Virus record (IMG/VR): IMGVR_UViG_3300028607_003725
Span: 12,011-76,010 of that record
Source: a virus
Direction: 5' to 3' (one strand)
DNA length: 64,000 bases
Positions 39,901 to 49,321 of the stretch are shown here, piece by piece (position 1 is the first letter of the stretch; every line of letters begins with the position of its first letter). Both the position numbers and the translations under genes were made by a program. Below the pieces are notes generated by a model that saw only the letters and a list, made by a program, of their open reading frames with translations, had not been told where the DNA came from and made no database searches.

Positions 39901-41681
39901 ACTCTCTTATTACTACTTATAGTTGTTCAGACTTCGTACCAGGAGGTACATTTGCATCATCCTACGGATGTGCTGGGACATATGGAGGAACTACTGTTAG
40001 TGACTCATGCCAAATTTACTGCAATAATGGACAATATACGGCAGAAATAAGCTACTATGCAAACACTACAGATGATATTTTTGATCCAGTATTATATGAA
40101 GAAACTAATATTCATTATTTTACTGATGTGGTTTCAGGATTAGCTCCGTTAACCGAGAATTCATCTCATATTGTAATAAATGATCTTATAAATTCTTCTT
40201 ACATAGCAGAGAACTCTGTAAATAATATACCTGGAGCAACAGCTTCTGACCTTATTAATATGGGAAAAGGACCATTTTTATATAAATGGGGTGAGTTTTT
40301 CTGGGATAATTATAACTGGAAAGATGGTGAATCTTTAAAACTAGGCCTAAAGACCATATTTGATGCACATACAGCTACGCTATCTGTTACCGACCCAAAA
40401 TTCTCCAACGGAGTTGCTTCAGGGAACCATCTAAAATTTCTGGGATTTGATAAAGATAAAAAAGGAGTAGTACAGACTGGTCAATTTTATTATAAGGATA
40501 AACAATATTATTTAGGTTCTGCTATGCAAGTAACGGCGTTTCCGGTTGATAGTGGATATCAACCTATGGTATTGTGGGAGGAAGGCGCAACATTTTCTAT
40601 AGACCTTCCTATAACAGATACCCCTATTGTTGTTCAAAGGGATGAGCCGTCAATTTTATATTCGGCTCAAAATTCTGTAGATATAAACAGTATTAACAGT
40701 AATCCATACAAAGAAGATCTTGGAGATAAAAGTACCGTTGTTACCGCATTATCAGGAAATAACGACTTAAATGTAGTCGAAGTACCTTATGATTTTGGAG
40801 GAGGAACAACTGATAGGGGGTTTGAGGTATTTGTAACCGGAGCTACAGGAGGAACAGGGGCCTCTGCTGACTATGTTGAGTTTTTAGATGGTGTTATATT
40901 TTCGGAAAGTGGATCTAATCATATTGAGTTAACTGATGCACAGGTAATTTATATAACTAACGACATAGAATCAGATCAACATGTATGGTATATTTATAAT
41001 TCTGATAGATATGTTGCTACTCCAGGACCTGAGGATTCTCCCCCAAATTCTTCGATAATTGGGACAGATAAATCACTACGGCACTCTGTTGATGTATCAC
41101 TTTCTTCCCTTATTACACCACTTTCTGATGTATATCCTGAAGTGTCTGAAATTATACAAGATATATCAGGAGCTACTAACGAATACTTTATGATTGACGA
41201 TTTTACTGAAAAAAGAATAAAAATAGAAGATCAGGGTTGGTTGGCAGGCAGTTCTGCTAATCACCATATATTTTCATTTGATACAGAAGAGGGAAACGAG
41301 TACACAATAAAGAGTATTAATATGGATTTTCATACACAAGATTTAGGTAATAAGATTTTAGCTCTAGGAGATGAATTATTACCAGTTAAAGCAATAACAA
41401 CTAAACTTAGTTCGTCTATTATAGATTCGGTTCATCATACAATGAAGATTACTATTGAGGCTAAGGACGAAGAAAATGGATATGTACCTAATGCTTTATT
41501 TACGTTAACAGGAGCAACTTTTACAGAGAACTCTTGTATAACTAAAGCCGACGGTTTATGCATTATAAATACTGACATTCAGATGGGCGCTTCAGGCGCT
41601 ACTGGTGACATATCTATAACGGTGAGCTATAAAGATCTTCCATTTGATACATTTACAATTACTAACATAGGAGAGGTATAA
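36996..41681 (+). CDS. Large baseplate wedge-associated structural protein (1561 aa)
   Basis: Follows J-like gene. VDHWGRIFGSDRWPKETLKDYLNRL..GASSFQKSLDGISATLG resembles the wedge I/gp7-like segment. Acidic, Thr/Ser/Tyr-rich beta composition. Confidence 0.55.
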   Translation: MRPNSKKEYYISPRTNVSLSQLPSFMKKGTDSTLFTLSNPQNIEFDRFYHDITESALNLNPTTLDLSLPDFIYTFSDLAIGSGVTGANSELEEVSLYDFNFNLPTRSATAASVVDAVIGVTGANYIDMHHVAPITYTLDDYNYTVAKGYIGLREGSWLTNDLISVFDAELNLIESFGLPAVEQNLSSASDEWIELDENLSYSLDNKFIVKDSLTVVNPHTGTIVDEAGYTFSNSTLTFYEAPEFTLVVEYSYVPSPVLHSLYYSTHFHDISVSQASSAANPTGFLFLITDQPDLSAGVSAGADYSHPTGTTRSINSYDNTLSEADDIKINFTATDVSVDQEVSVTFKYYATYSYDLFDGTLAYWGYANDPYNHLLVVNDFIDPVKDTILINGIKVINVITEEDITAGFTFTNVEGSTGAYLTRVDLTITGSPDTFEIQIPYIREITQTEAATIYSEPMTDIFTVTDVSASSTFYLNFSYVYGGTSDYHSYITFPTTLSKQFTMDTAGATLTIGSTFDVSYEGLSNWSVKQKRLWADNGITIDHSVFKSGAGASTTSTYTYQDSVNNIEIISLETETNYHASTVYYPEKIHSVDSYFDLITYSLNDKEGKIELYTASQDLHDIYNLYFIEYGVTGLDGTSTYYASAVPTHSSIRKRPVGLQLFHDSIALLEEDISSGDFNLEFKDVHTLNSLATLNTFTTGATSDTINSFTFNSDNDCQLFSGGTGYTIPLYYDYLTRIVDEDTSTESLYFREEYAGATVTGGTGLVYSFSDRETSVVEHSVDHWGRIFGSDRWPKETLKDYLNRLTNITEAKGASSFQKSLDGISATLGSPSYNISTRNSFDLRYPAAVSTESQTVFLQGPTATISTNYPINEFISATIYHSDGENYSITLADLVYTVGSTGTDLSLITGGATTGDSVNIKYKPYATLSINGEGSTGPFTLIYENETHDSTAVLTIDKQAIDRVLAYEDSLITTYSCSDFVPGGTFASSYGCAGTYGGTTVSDSCQIYCNNGQYTAEISYYANTTDDIFDPVLYEETNIHYFTDVVSGLAPLTENSSHIVINDLINSSYIAENSVNNIPGATASDLINMGKGPFLYKWGEFFWDNYNWKDGESLKLGLKTIFDAHTATLSVTDPKFSNGVASGNHLKFLGFDKDKKGVVQTGQFYYKDKQYYLGSAMQVTAFPVDSGYQPMVLWEEGATFSIDLPITDTPIVVQRDEPSILYSAQNSVDINSINSNPYKEDLGDKSTVVTALSGNNDLNVVEVPYDFGGGTTDRGFEVFVTGATGGTGASADYVEFLDGVIFSESGSNHIELTDAQVIYITNDIESDQHVWYIYNSDRYVATPGPEDSPPNSSIIGTDKSLRHSVDVSLSSLITPLSDVYPEVSEIIQDISGATNEYFMIDDFTEKRIKIEDQGWLAGSSANHHIFSFDTEEGNEYTIKSINMDFHTQDLGNKILALGDELLPVKAITTKLSSSIIDSVHHTMKITIEAKDEENGYVPNALFTLTGATFTENSCITKADGLCIINTDIQMGASGATGDISITVSYKDLPFDTFTITNIGEV

Positions 41682-41683
41682 TA

Positions 41684-44122
41684 ATGTCTTATTTTATAAT
41701 TCCACCAGAACAATATTTCGATGATACGGCTGCAAATCTTGCCACACCGGAGAGATTTAATGCTATATTTAACATAATTAATCAAGAAGCAGTAAGTAGA
41801 CATGGGTTTATTTATCCAATTATGCTGAATGTATCTCATCCAACTATTTCTTTAGATAGTGAGGGGGTTCCAAGCCCCTTGGTAATATCTTTTCAAGAGG
41901 TTGGAAGTGCACTGGCTCCAGTAGATGGGGAAGGTGCTACTTTGTATAACATAACCTATGAATGGTCTCTAGCTACTGATAGTGTAGGGGGTTTCACGGG
42001 AGCAACTGGTGATAGTTCAGTTTCTATAGATTTACAAGGTTCAACTTATGATTCTGCTACCGATACGGTAGGTGTAGACTTAACACTAACATATCTAAAT
42101 ATAAATCAATCTGAATATAAAGTGTTTTCTACTAGCTACTCTGTTCCTTTTGTAGAAAAAGGATTAGATGGAGAAGCTGCAATAACTACTCCTATGCCTT
42201 TAATATATGCACCTTTTAATCATCAACCATTAAGTTGGTTGGAGCCTAATAGCGATCAAAATGCTATGGCTAAAATACTTGCATTCAATCAATCTTTTGT
42301 TCCACCTGGTTGGGGAGCGTATAATGTAACGTGGAGTTTAGTGGATTCAGGAGGTAATGATTATAGTAATTATATTTCATCTTTTGATAATACTAAAGTA
42401 GAACTGCAAATACCGGATGCAGACAAACATTTTATATTAACATTAACTATAACTAATAATGGGGGCATAAATGAGTACTCCACTACCGTTGATATATTTA
42501 CCTATGGACCAGGAGTGTTTTTCTTACAATGGGGTTCGTCTGATGATATTCCCCAAAATCCACATTTTGTAAGTTTAGAGGGAATTACAATTCCACATTC
42601 TGATTCCTTATTTCCTATAGAATCAGGCTCAATGAAAGTAAAATGGGGATATGATAATACCGATTTTGGAGAAGTAGGAATAGCTAATTATTCTGGTTAT
42701 TTAGGGGGACCTAACAGTCCTAATTCTGAAGCACTTTCAACAGCCTTTACAGCTGCTGGATTAACTCCGCCTACCTCCGAGGACGAGTGGAATTCATATG
42801 CTTTAATAAATATAGAACAAGCTGCTAATAATATAGTAGATAATCTAGCTACTTGGTTTATCTTTATTGGTGGTCAAGGAATGGTACAGCAGGCAAAAAT
42901 TGAAGCAGATGTAAGTAGTTCTAATGCTTATTTTTCAGCAATTATTCCAGAATTTGTTAAATCACATACTTATTTAATATCCGGTTTAGCGGTAGGGCAA
43001 GCTCCTAATGGATTTTTTGACCAAAATGTTTCCATAGGGTCTAAATTTGAAAGATCAATAATCCACCTTAAACACTATGAGGTAGGAAATGCAGGCAATT
43101 TAACATATGTAGGCAATCATGATCAAACTAGAATAGTTACCCCTAGTAAATCTATATTTCCTATATCTACTATATTTAAAGGTGTCCCAAATAACATTTA
43201 TTTTCATGCAAGTGTAGCATCAGCTATAGGCAGTTCCTATTCGGGATTAATGACTTCATATGGAGGATTAGTTCCTAGTACAGCTAATTCTGGGATAATC
43301 TCATTAACGTCGGCACGCACTATTTCAGGGGTTGTTGTTGCAGGAGAGCAGTTTGGAGTAGACGTTGATATAACTTTGAATAGTGGATCAGAAAATCCAA
43401 TAGGGTATTTAGTATCGTATCGGGAATTTGGTGCTGCTGACATTATAGATGAATCTTTAGTTCCAAGTTTTAGTGCAAATAGCGCAGATTACTCTGTATT
43501 GTTTATAAAAAGTAGACACTTCAGTCTTCCAGCAAAACTAGGAAGAAAGGTTAAGGTTTGGGTAAAGAGTGTCATGGGAGATGGTTCCATGTCAGTCTAT
43601 GTAGCCAGTTCAGAAGTAGTAGTTCAATTTCCATCTTCATTTGAGCAGTCCTTACTACGTGTACATTTAGGTAGAAGTAATGGAACGACTCCTGCAAGCT
43701 CAGGAGACTGGGAAAATACCTGGGAAGACGAAGGCGCAACTTATGATTTTAGTCAACATACTACTCATTTTGCTACTTTTGCCAAAAAGACAGAATTACA
43801 AGGTGTTAATGTATGGGTTCAAGGCTTAGAAAGCAGTAGCAGTCAATGGGATATAATTATATCTATTGGCGGATCTGGGGCCAGTGAGCACTATGATGTT
43901 GCCACGAATATAGATTCTTCTTCTCCTGGATTTTTTTCTAACACGACTCCTACTTTATATTATTTAGATGATTTATCTGTTACCAAGGAGGCAGGTACGC
44001 CAATTGGTATAAATTTGAGATTTAATGGAGCTACTGGAACAGAAATAGGAGACTTAGGAGACAAAGATTATGATATAACAGTTGAGCTAACATATTCATA
44101 CCCGTTTGAAGAGACTGCTTAA
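41684..44122 (+). CDS. Tail/baseplate structural protein with Ig/Fn3-like beta domains (812 aa)
   Basis: GAGG upstream. Beta-sandwich-like segments (YNITYEWSL, YNVTWSL..FILTLTITN, GYLVSYREFG..VKVWVKSV..GDGSMS). Confidence 0.45.
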   Translation: MSYFIIPPEQYFDDTAANLATPERFNAIFNIINQEAVSRHGFIYPIMLNVSHPTISLDSEGVPSPLVISFQEVGSALAPVDGEGATLYNITYEWSLATDSVGGFTGATGDSSVSIDLQGSTYDSATDTVGVDLTLTYLNINQSEYKVFSTSYSVPFVEKGLDGEAAITTPMPLIYAPFNHQPLSWLEPNSDQNAMAKILAFNQSFVPPGWGAYNVTWSLVDSGGNDYSNYISSFDNTKVELQIPDADKHFILTLTITNNGGINEYSTTVDIFTYGPGVFFLQWGSSDDIPQNPHFVSLEGITIPHSDSLFPIESGSMKVKWGYDNTDFGEVGIANYSGYLGGPNSPNSEALSTAFTAAGLTPPTSEDEWNSYALINIEQAANNIVDNLATWFIFIGGQGMVQQAKIEADVSSSNAYFSAIIPEFVKSHTYLISGLAVGQAPNGFFDQNVSIGSKFERSIIHLKHYEVGNAGNLTYVGNHDQTRIVTPSKSIFPISTIFKGVPNNIYFHASVASAIGSSYSGLMTSYGGLVPSTANSGIISLTSARTISGVVVAGEQFGVDVDITLNSGSENPIGYLVSYREFGAADIIDESLVPSFSANSADYSVLFIKSRHFSLPAKLGRKVKVWVKSVMGDGSMSVYVASSEVVVQFPSSFEQSLLRVHLGRSNGTTPASSGDWENTWEDEGATYDFSQHTTHFATFAKKTELQGVNVWVQGLESSSSQWDIIISIGGSGASEHYDVATNIDSSSPGFFSNTTPTLYYLDDLSVTKEAGTPIGINLRFNGATGTEIGDLGDKDYDITVELTYSYPFEETA

Positions 44123-45720
44123 TGAATTTTAAATTCATAGATAAAATGACATTAGATGACTCTGGTTTCAATGTTGGTCCTGTTCCGATAACAGCTTTTT
44201 TGGGAGGAGATACAGAATCCCATCAGGTTAATATAACAAAAGGTATAGACTACAATAGTATGTTTGGTTTTGATAAAACTACTAAACAAATTTTGCCTAT
44301 GGGTTCAACAGGTGCATTTATAATTCCAGGACAAAAGTTAGCAATCGGAGCAGCTGTAGACATTCTGTTAGGACCAGTAGATGCCAATTTAACGTCTACT
44401 TTAACTGACGCAACCGCAGATGAATTTATTATTTATGATTTATTAACTAATAAACCGTTTACCTCTTTTGCAAAAGTTAATTCTAATACAGTACATTTAG
44501 GCGCTTATGATTACCAAAACAATGTTTTAGTGTATAGAACTAGTACTGATGAGGAAAGATTTTTAAAGGTCTCTCCTCGTTATACAGTTGGAAGTGATTG
44601 GAGTATTGTTGATAATACTATTGAGTTAACACATTCCGATTTTGTAGTAGACAACCAACTTACCTTTATGAATAATCCTTTATCTCAAGTTGAACTATTA
44701 TGGTGTGATAAAGAAGATTACAAAAATTGGACACTATATTTACCTAGAAAAATAGAATTAGGTCCAAATTCTACTATACTTATTACTCCTACAGGAGCTG
44801 GACCATCTTCTAAACGACATAAATATATAGAAAAAGAACATATTAATAAAGTAAGATCTAGATTGTTACAAACCAACCATAGAGGCCTAGATATAACAGG
44901 AGACGGAAGTTTTAGTAATAATACAGAGTCAATTAATTATGAGTATGGTTATATAAAACTATATGATAAAAAAGAAAAGCATTATAACAAAGTGGTGTGG
45001 GATATAGATCCTAAACGAGGCTATCTTCTTTTAGAAGATCCGGCAAAAGATGGACTTCTAATAGATTATAAAGTTGATGATTCTTGGTTCCCCTTTGATT
45101 CAGAGGTAATTAATATGAATCCTTTACGTAATAACGTATTGACATATTATGTATGGATTCATAACACTACACATAGATTGTATTATAGTAATTCTAATAA
45201 TAAATCACTTTTGTTTGAGAATAATACTTTTAGTAATACAGTTGTTTTAACAAATAAATACAGTCATTTATTTACTGTATCCACTGTCTATAAAGATTCC
45301 CAGGCTATAGATATAAGACAACACGGAGGAGTTTTAAAAAATCAAGACGGTGCAGCTTTTGATATAAAATCACATACAACTCTCGGCTATTGGGGTTACG
45401 AACCAACACCATTAAATATAGTTTTGGTAGATTTGCCAGACAATATACTAGAAAATATGATAGATCAATTTAACGAAAAAGGAGCAACAGCATATGACTT
45501 AGCTATTCCCGCTAGTATGCAGGAGGATAGACAGACGGCAGTAGTTTATTTAAATGAATTTGAAGATGAAAATGGAGTTAATTTAATACAAAATGAGATT
45601 TTTGAAGCAGTAGGTAAGTATATGCCATTAGGGATTGCGGTTATTGTCCGAGACCAATACACAAATGTATTGTTTGGAACAGAGGACTCAGCGTTACTTA
45701 CTACTAGTCATGGTTTATAG
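44122..45720 (+). CDS. Putative virion structural protein (532 aa)
   Basis: Long ORF coupled by TAATG overlap within the structural operon; function not recognised. Confidence 0.45.
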   Translation: MNFKFIDKMTLDDSGFNVGPVPITAFLGGDTESHQVNITKGIDYNSMFGFDKTTKQILPMGSTGAFIIPGQKLAIGAAVDILLGPVDANLTSTLTDATADEFIIYDLLTNKPFTSFAKVNSNTVHLGAYDYQNNVLVYRTSTDEERFLKVSPRYTVGSDWSIVDNTIELTHSDFVVDNQLTFMNNPLSQVELLWCDKEDYKNWTLYLPRKIELGPNSTILITPTGAGPSSKRHKYIEKEHINKVRSRLLQTNHRGLDITGDGSFSNNTESINYEYGYIKLYDKKEKHYNKVVWDIDPKRGYLLLEDPAKDGLLIDYKVDDSWFPFDSEVINMNPLRNNVLTYYVWIHNTTHRLYYSNSNNKSLLFENNTFSNTVVLTNKYSHLFTVSTVYKDSQAIDIRQHGGVLKNQDGAAFDIKSHTTLGYWGYEPTPLNIVLVDLPDNILENMIDQFNEKGATAYDLAIPASMQEDRQTAVVYLNEFEDENGVNLIQNEIFEAVGKYMPLGIAVIVRDQYTNVLFGTEDSALLTTSHGL

Positions 45721-45785
45721 GAGTATATATTATCGCAACACTACAATCATATAGAATAAAGGAAATACAAGAGCTTATTATATCA

Positions 45786-47804
45786 GTGTTTGGTCAAATG
45801 AATATAACTGATCCTGACGAAAGAAATAATATTGCATTAGATATAGCTACGAGACTTAATACAGGTAATCCGTTGTCTTCCTCATATTCTAAAAGCGATA
45901 CAGCTAATTCTGCGAAATACAGAGCAGATATTAGAGCAATTTTAATTGATGTTATAACGGAATTATTATATATTAGGAATTTGCAAACAGAAGTAAATGA
46001 CCTTGAAGCAGACTCCCGTGATTCAATAAGGTACGCTTCCAATAGAGTAGATAGAATACTTAGCAAACTTCATGCACTGGGAAGTAATGTATTAGAAACA
46101 TTTGAAGAGGGGTTAGTTTCAGGTAAATTTAGTGGGACTTTAATTAAGGATGGTAAACTAAGACTCGACGAAGCTCAGATTACGGCTGCCTTAAAATCTA
46201 TTGATATACTAAAGGTTATTCCAGCTGAGTCTATTACTAATAACACCAAAGTTATTATAACTGGAGATCCCAATGTGCTAGGAGTTAGAGGGACAGGATC
46301 AGATACCTTATGGATAGAATGCATCACTCCCAGAAGAATTGAGCTTAATTGGATAGATAGACCATACTGGGAGTCAACGCAAGATTCTGGATCCTCTATT
46401 AGAATACAAGGACTATTGATTGCTATAGATATAGAATTACAGGACGCTATAACCCCTGCTGCTATTACGGTTAAAGGTACTGATGATATAAGACTATTCA
46501 GGGTTTATGCTGGAGATTCTTTTGGGGGTACAAGACTTTTATCAGCTAATGGAAATCCAGTAGAAGATGTAACGGCGAGTAATACCTCTTATGTGGATGA
46601 TATTGTTTTATCATCTGACTCTGTATATAGTAAATTTAAATTACTATTAAATGTACCATATCCATTTAAAGAAATTGACGGAAAACAAGTTTATAAAATA
46701 GGATTACACAATATAAAAATATCTTCAGAAATAACTAGTGATTTAATTTCAGGAAGTTTTAGTACATTTCCATTTATTGCTAACAATTTATCATTATTCA
46801 AAGCTAAACTGTACGCAAAACAAAAATTATACCCAGCATCTTTTACAGAATATAGTCTATGTTTTTATACAGGCAAACTTAAACAAGAGATAGCTGTTTT
46901 ACCAAAACGTACTCAAAAAGTTTATTCTCAATTAACATCTGATTCAGAAGGTAAGTTTACCTTACCTTTTCCTATTATTTCTGGGCCCAGTGCTGATGAG
47001 ATGACCATTTGGACAAGTGATAATGTAGAAATAACGGATACTTTAGTGCTCGACAACAATGGATACGAAATACAATTAGAGAGCTATCCAAATACAACTG
47101 CTTTATTTGATTATTGGACATTCCCTTATACGTCTTATACAGGGGACAACACTACAGCCGAACACTGGACATCTCAAGATGACGTTCCTATAATTCAAAG
47201 AACTCCACCTTCATCAAATCCTGATAGAATGCTAGGAGTAGATGAAGGAATATTTGCAGGAACATATCTAAATAAAGTTTATCATGATAAAGCTGACGGA
47301 AGGATATTTCCGTTAGATCGAGTTCCTCATATAAATGTTCGTTATATGGATGGTCACGATACATTTGCATTTGAGGTTAATGGTGATGGAATCGGGATAG
47401 ACGATATTACACCTTATCTTAATCCTCTTAATACTATTATATTCGACGAAGATGAGACCAAATTACAATTTTATTATAAAGATAGAAAAATATATACAAG
47501 TTTTAATATGTTAGATCCGGTAGCTTATTCTACTGCTAATGCTAATAATACTTTTCCTTCTATAAACTCTGTTGTAGTAAAGTATGCTACAAAAGCAGAT
47601 TCTGTATCTTTAACAATCAAGTTATACGGAGAAGGTCCTTTAGTTGATATGTATAATCTAGAGCTTATAGGACTAGACTTAGGACTTGAATCCACATCAA
47701 CATTGAGTGTTGGAGCAGACCCAGGTACTGCTGAAAGTTCTACTACGTCTGGATCGTACCAAGGGACATCTAGTGGAGGTTCTAATATGGCTGGATCCTA
47801 TTAA
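45786..47804 (+). CDS. Putative virion structural protein (672 aa; GTG start, alternative ATG at 45798)
   Basis: Helical N-terminus followed by acidic beta-rich body; operon context. Confidence 0.45.
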   Translation: MFGQMNITDPDERNNIALDIATRLNTGNPLSSSYSKSDTANSAKYRADIRAILIDVITELLYIRNLQTEVNDLEADSRDSIRYASNRVDRILSKLHALGSNVLETFEEGLVSGKFSGTLIKDGKLRLDEAQITAALKSIDILKVIPAESITNNTKVIITGDPNVLGVRGTGSDTLWIECITPRRIELNWIDRPYWESTQDSGSSIRIQGLLIAIDIELQDAITPAAITVKGTDDIRLFRVYAGDSFGGTRLLSANGNPVEDVTASNTSYVDDIVLSSDSVYSKFKLLLNVPYPFKEIDGKQVYKIGLHNIKISSEITSDLISGSFSTFPFIANNLSLFKAKLYAKQKLYPASFTEYSLCFYTGKLKQEIAVLPKRTQKVYSQLTSDSEGKFTLPFPIISGPSADEMTIWTSDNVEITDTLVLDNNGYEIQLESYPNTTALFDYWTFPYTSYTGDNTTAEHWTSQDDVPIIQRTPPSSNPDRMLGVDEGIFAGTYLNKVYHDKADGRIFPLDRVPHINVRYMDGHDTFAFEVNGDGIGIDDITPYLNPLNTIIFDEDETKLQFYYKDRKIYTSFNMLDPVAYSTANANNTFPSINSVVVKYATKADSVSLTIKLYGEGPLVDMYNLELIGLDLGLESTSTLSVGADPGTAESSTTSGSYQGTSSGGSNMAGSY

Positions 47805-49321
47805 TGTATCACAATTCTAATACTAGTAATGTTGTAACTCCTGTAAATGGTGATCCTAAAGATTCACTTCAAGAAATAATTTTTATTTTGCCAAATGGCT
47901 CTATATGGACAGGTCCTGTACATAAGATGAATAAGAATGAGTGGATGACTGGCTCCTTTCATACTAATGTTTCTGTACCTTTGTTTGCTTATCAAACTAC
48001 GCTAGATTTTCCAAAACAGGGTTCAGTCGCAACAAGCACTCCGTTAAACAAAGTTTTGGAAACCCTCGGTATACGAACAGAAGTAACAGAGAGTAACTTG
48101 CTAAGAATTGGTAACGTTATTACAACAGCTAGGTTATTATTAGAACAAGAAAATCAAGTTGTACATATTCTAGCTGATAAATTAGAACAATTTATATCAA
48201 AGAGCATTATACAAGAAGAAACAAATGGAAGTGGAAGTTTAACTGATAGTTTTTCTACGCCTTTTCAATTAGAATCCGATTCTCCTCAAAATTTAACCGA
48301 ACAGATTAAATCTATTGAATATATTCCAAATAATGATGAGGATCACTTAGTATATTTTGGCAATGCAGAAACACTAGGGTTATCTGAAACATGGACTAGT
48401 TTAAAGACCAATTCGATTGCTGTTGATATGGTTTCTAGACGAAATCTATCCATAGAAACAATAGCTCAAACAAGCAGTGGCAATGGTGTGGATATTCCTT
48501 CCGAGGAGTTTAGAACTGTGCCTGATGGAGTCCAAAAAGGATTCAACGGACACTTAAAAATTTCAATGAATGGTTCCCCTTTTGTCAATAAAATTAAATT
48601 AAATACTCAGAGTGATGTTACCATAAGAAATATAAGATTTAATAGTGTAGAGTCCGACGATGAATTATCAGGTTCAGCATTTTCTGGAGAACTTAGTTTA
48701 GTTCCAACTGCCGCTGATATTATATATATGGATATAGATTTTGTTTCTCCAGTACCTTTTACAACTTATGGAATATACGATCAAGAGGAGAATGCAGTAA
48801 CAGATTTAATTTTTATGCCAAATTCAGACTACAATATGGAGTTCTCTCCATCAGGATTAAATGCTATTTATGAAAGGTCAAGATTAATATTGGACCCAAT
48901 ATATTTATTATCAGAAACTTATAGGGATACAACTGAATATACTTTAGGAGACTATTACTGTAAAGGCGGGAGTTTAAAAAGTATTTATATGATTACCCAA
49001 GAAACTATTCCAGATGAATTTGAACCTGGAACGTTCATTAAATATTTTCTTATACTTAATGAAAAGGAATATCCTATCACTCCTCAAAATAAAATTGGGG
49101 ATAATCCTTCTACATATGTACTTAATAGTACTCTGGGTAGTGAAATAAAAAACACACTGGTTCAAAAGGGGGATATGGCTTTCATAGAGGGAGATAATAC
49201 AATAACATGGCAAATAAAGGTAATTTTAACCAGACCAAGTACTCAGACTAATATGACTCCCAGTTTATCTGCGATTAATTTTACATATACAACAACTAGT
49301 TATGATAATCTGGTAGAATAA
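47804..49321 (+). CDS. Putative virion structural protein (505 aa) with N-terminal His/Met motif
   Basis: TAATG-coupled. N-terminal LPNGSIWTGPVHKMNKNEWMTGSFHT; beta-rich C-terminus ending NMTPSLSAINF. Confidence 0.45.
   Translation: MYHNSNTSNVVTPVNGDPKDSLQEIIFILPNGSIWTGPVHKMNKNEWMTGSFHTNVSVPLFAYQTTLDFPKQGSVATSTPLNKVLETLGIRTEVTESNLLRIGNVITTARLLLEQENQVVHILADKLEQFISKSIIQEETNGSGSLTDSFSTPFQLESDSPQNLTEQIKSIEYIPNNDEDHLVYFGNAETLGLSETWTSLKTNSIAVDMVSRRNLSIETIAQTSSGNGVDIPSEEFRTVPDGVQKGFNGHLKISMNGSPFVNKIKLNTQSDVTIRNIRFNSVESDDELSGSAFSGELSLVPTAADIIYMDIDFVSPVPFTTYGIYDQEENAVTDLIFMPNSDYNMEFSPSGLNAIYERSRLILDPIYLLSETYRDTTEYTLGDYYCKGGSLKSIYMITQETIPDEFEPGTFIKYFLILNEKEYPITPQNKIGDNPSTYVLNSTLGSEIKNTLVQKGDMAFIEGDNTITWQIKVILTRPSTQTNMTPSLSAINFTYTTTSYDNLVE

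Noticed and set aside
33426-41620. Exact 17-bp repeat GGTGACATATCTATAAC (33426-33442, 41604-41620) as an att site or mobile-element end
   Set aside because: A rough estimate gives of order one such match by chance in 64 kb at this AT content; no integrase or transposase; the enclosed genes are core baseplate genes. Kept only as weak support for the promoter idea.
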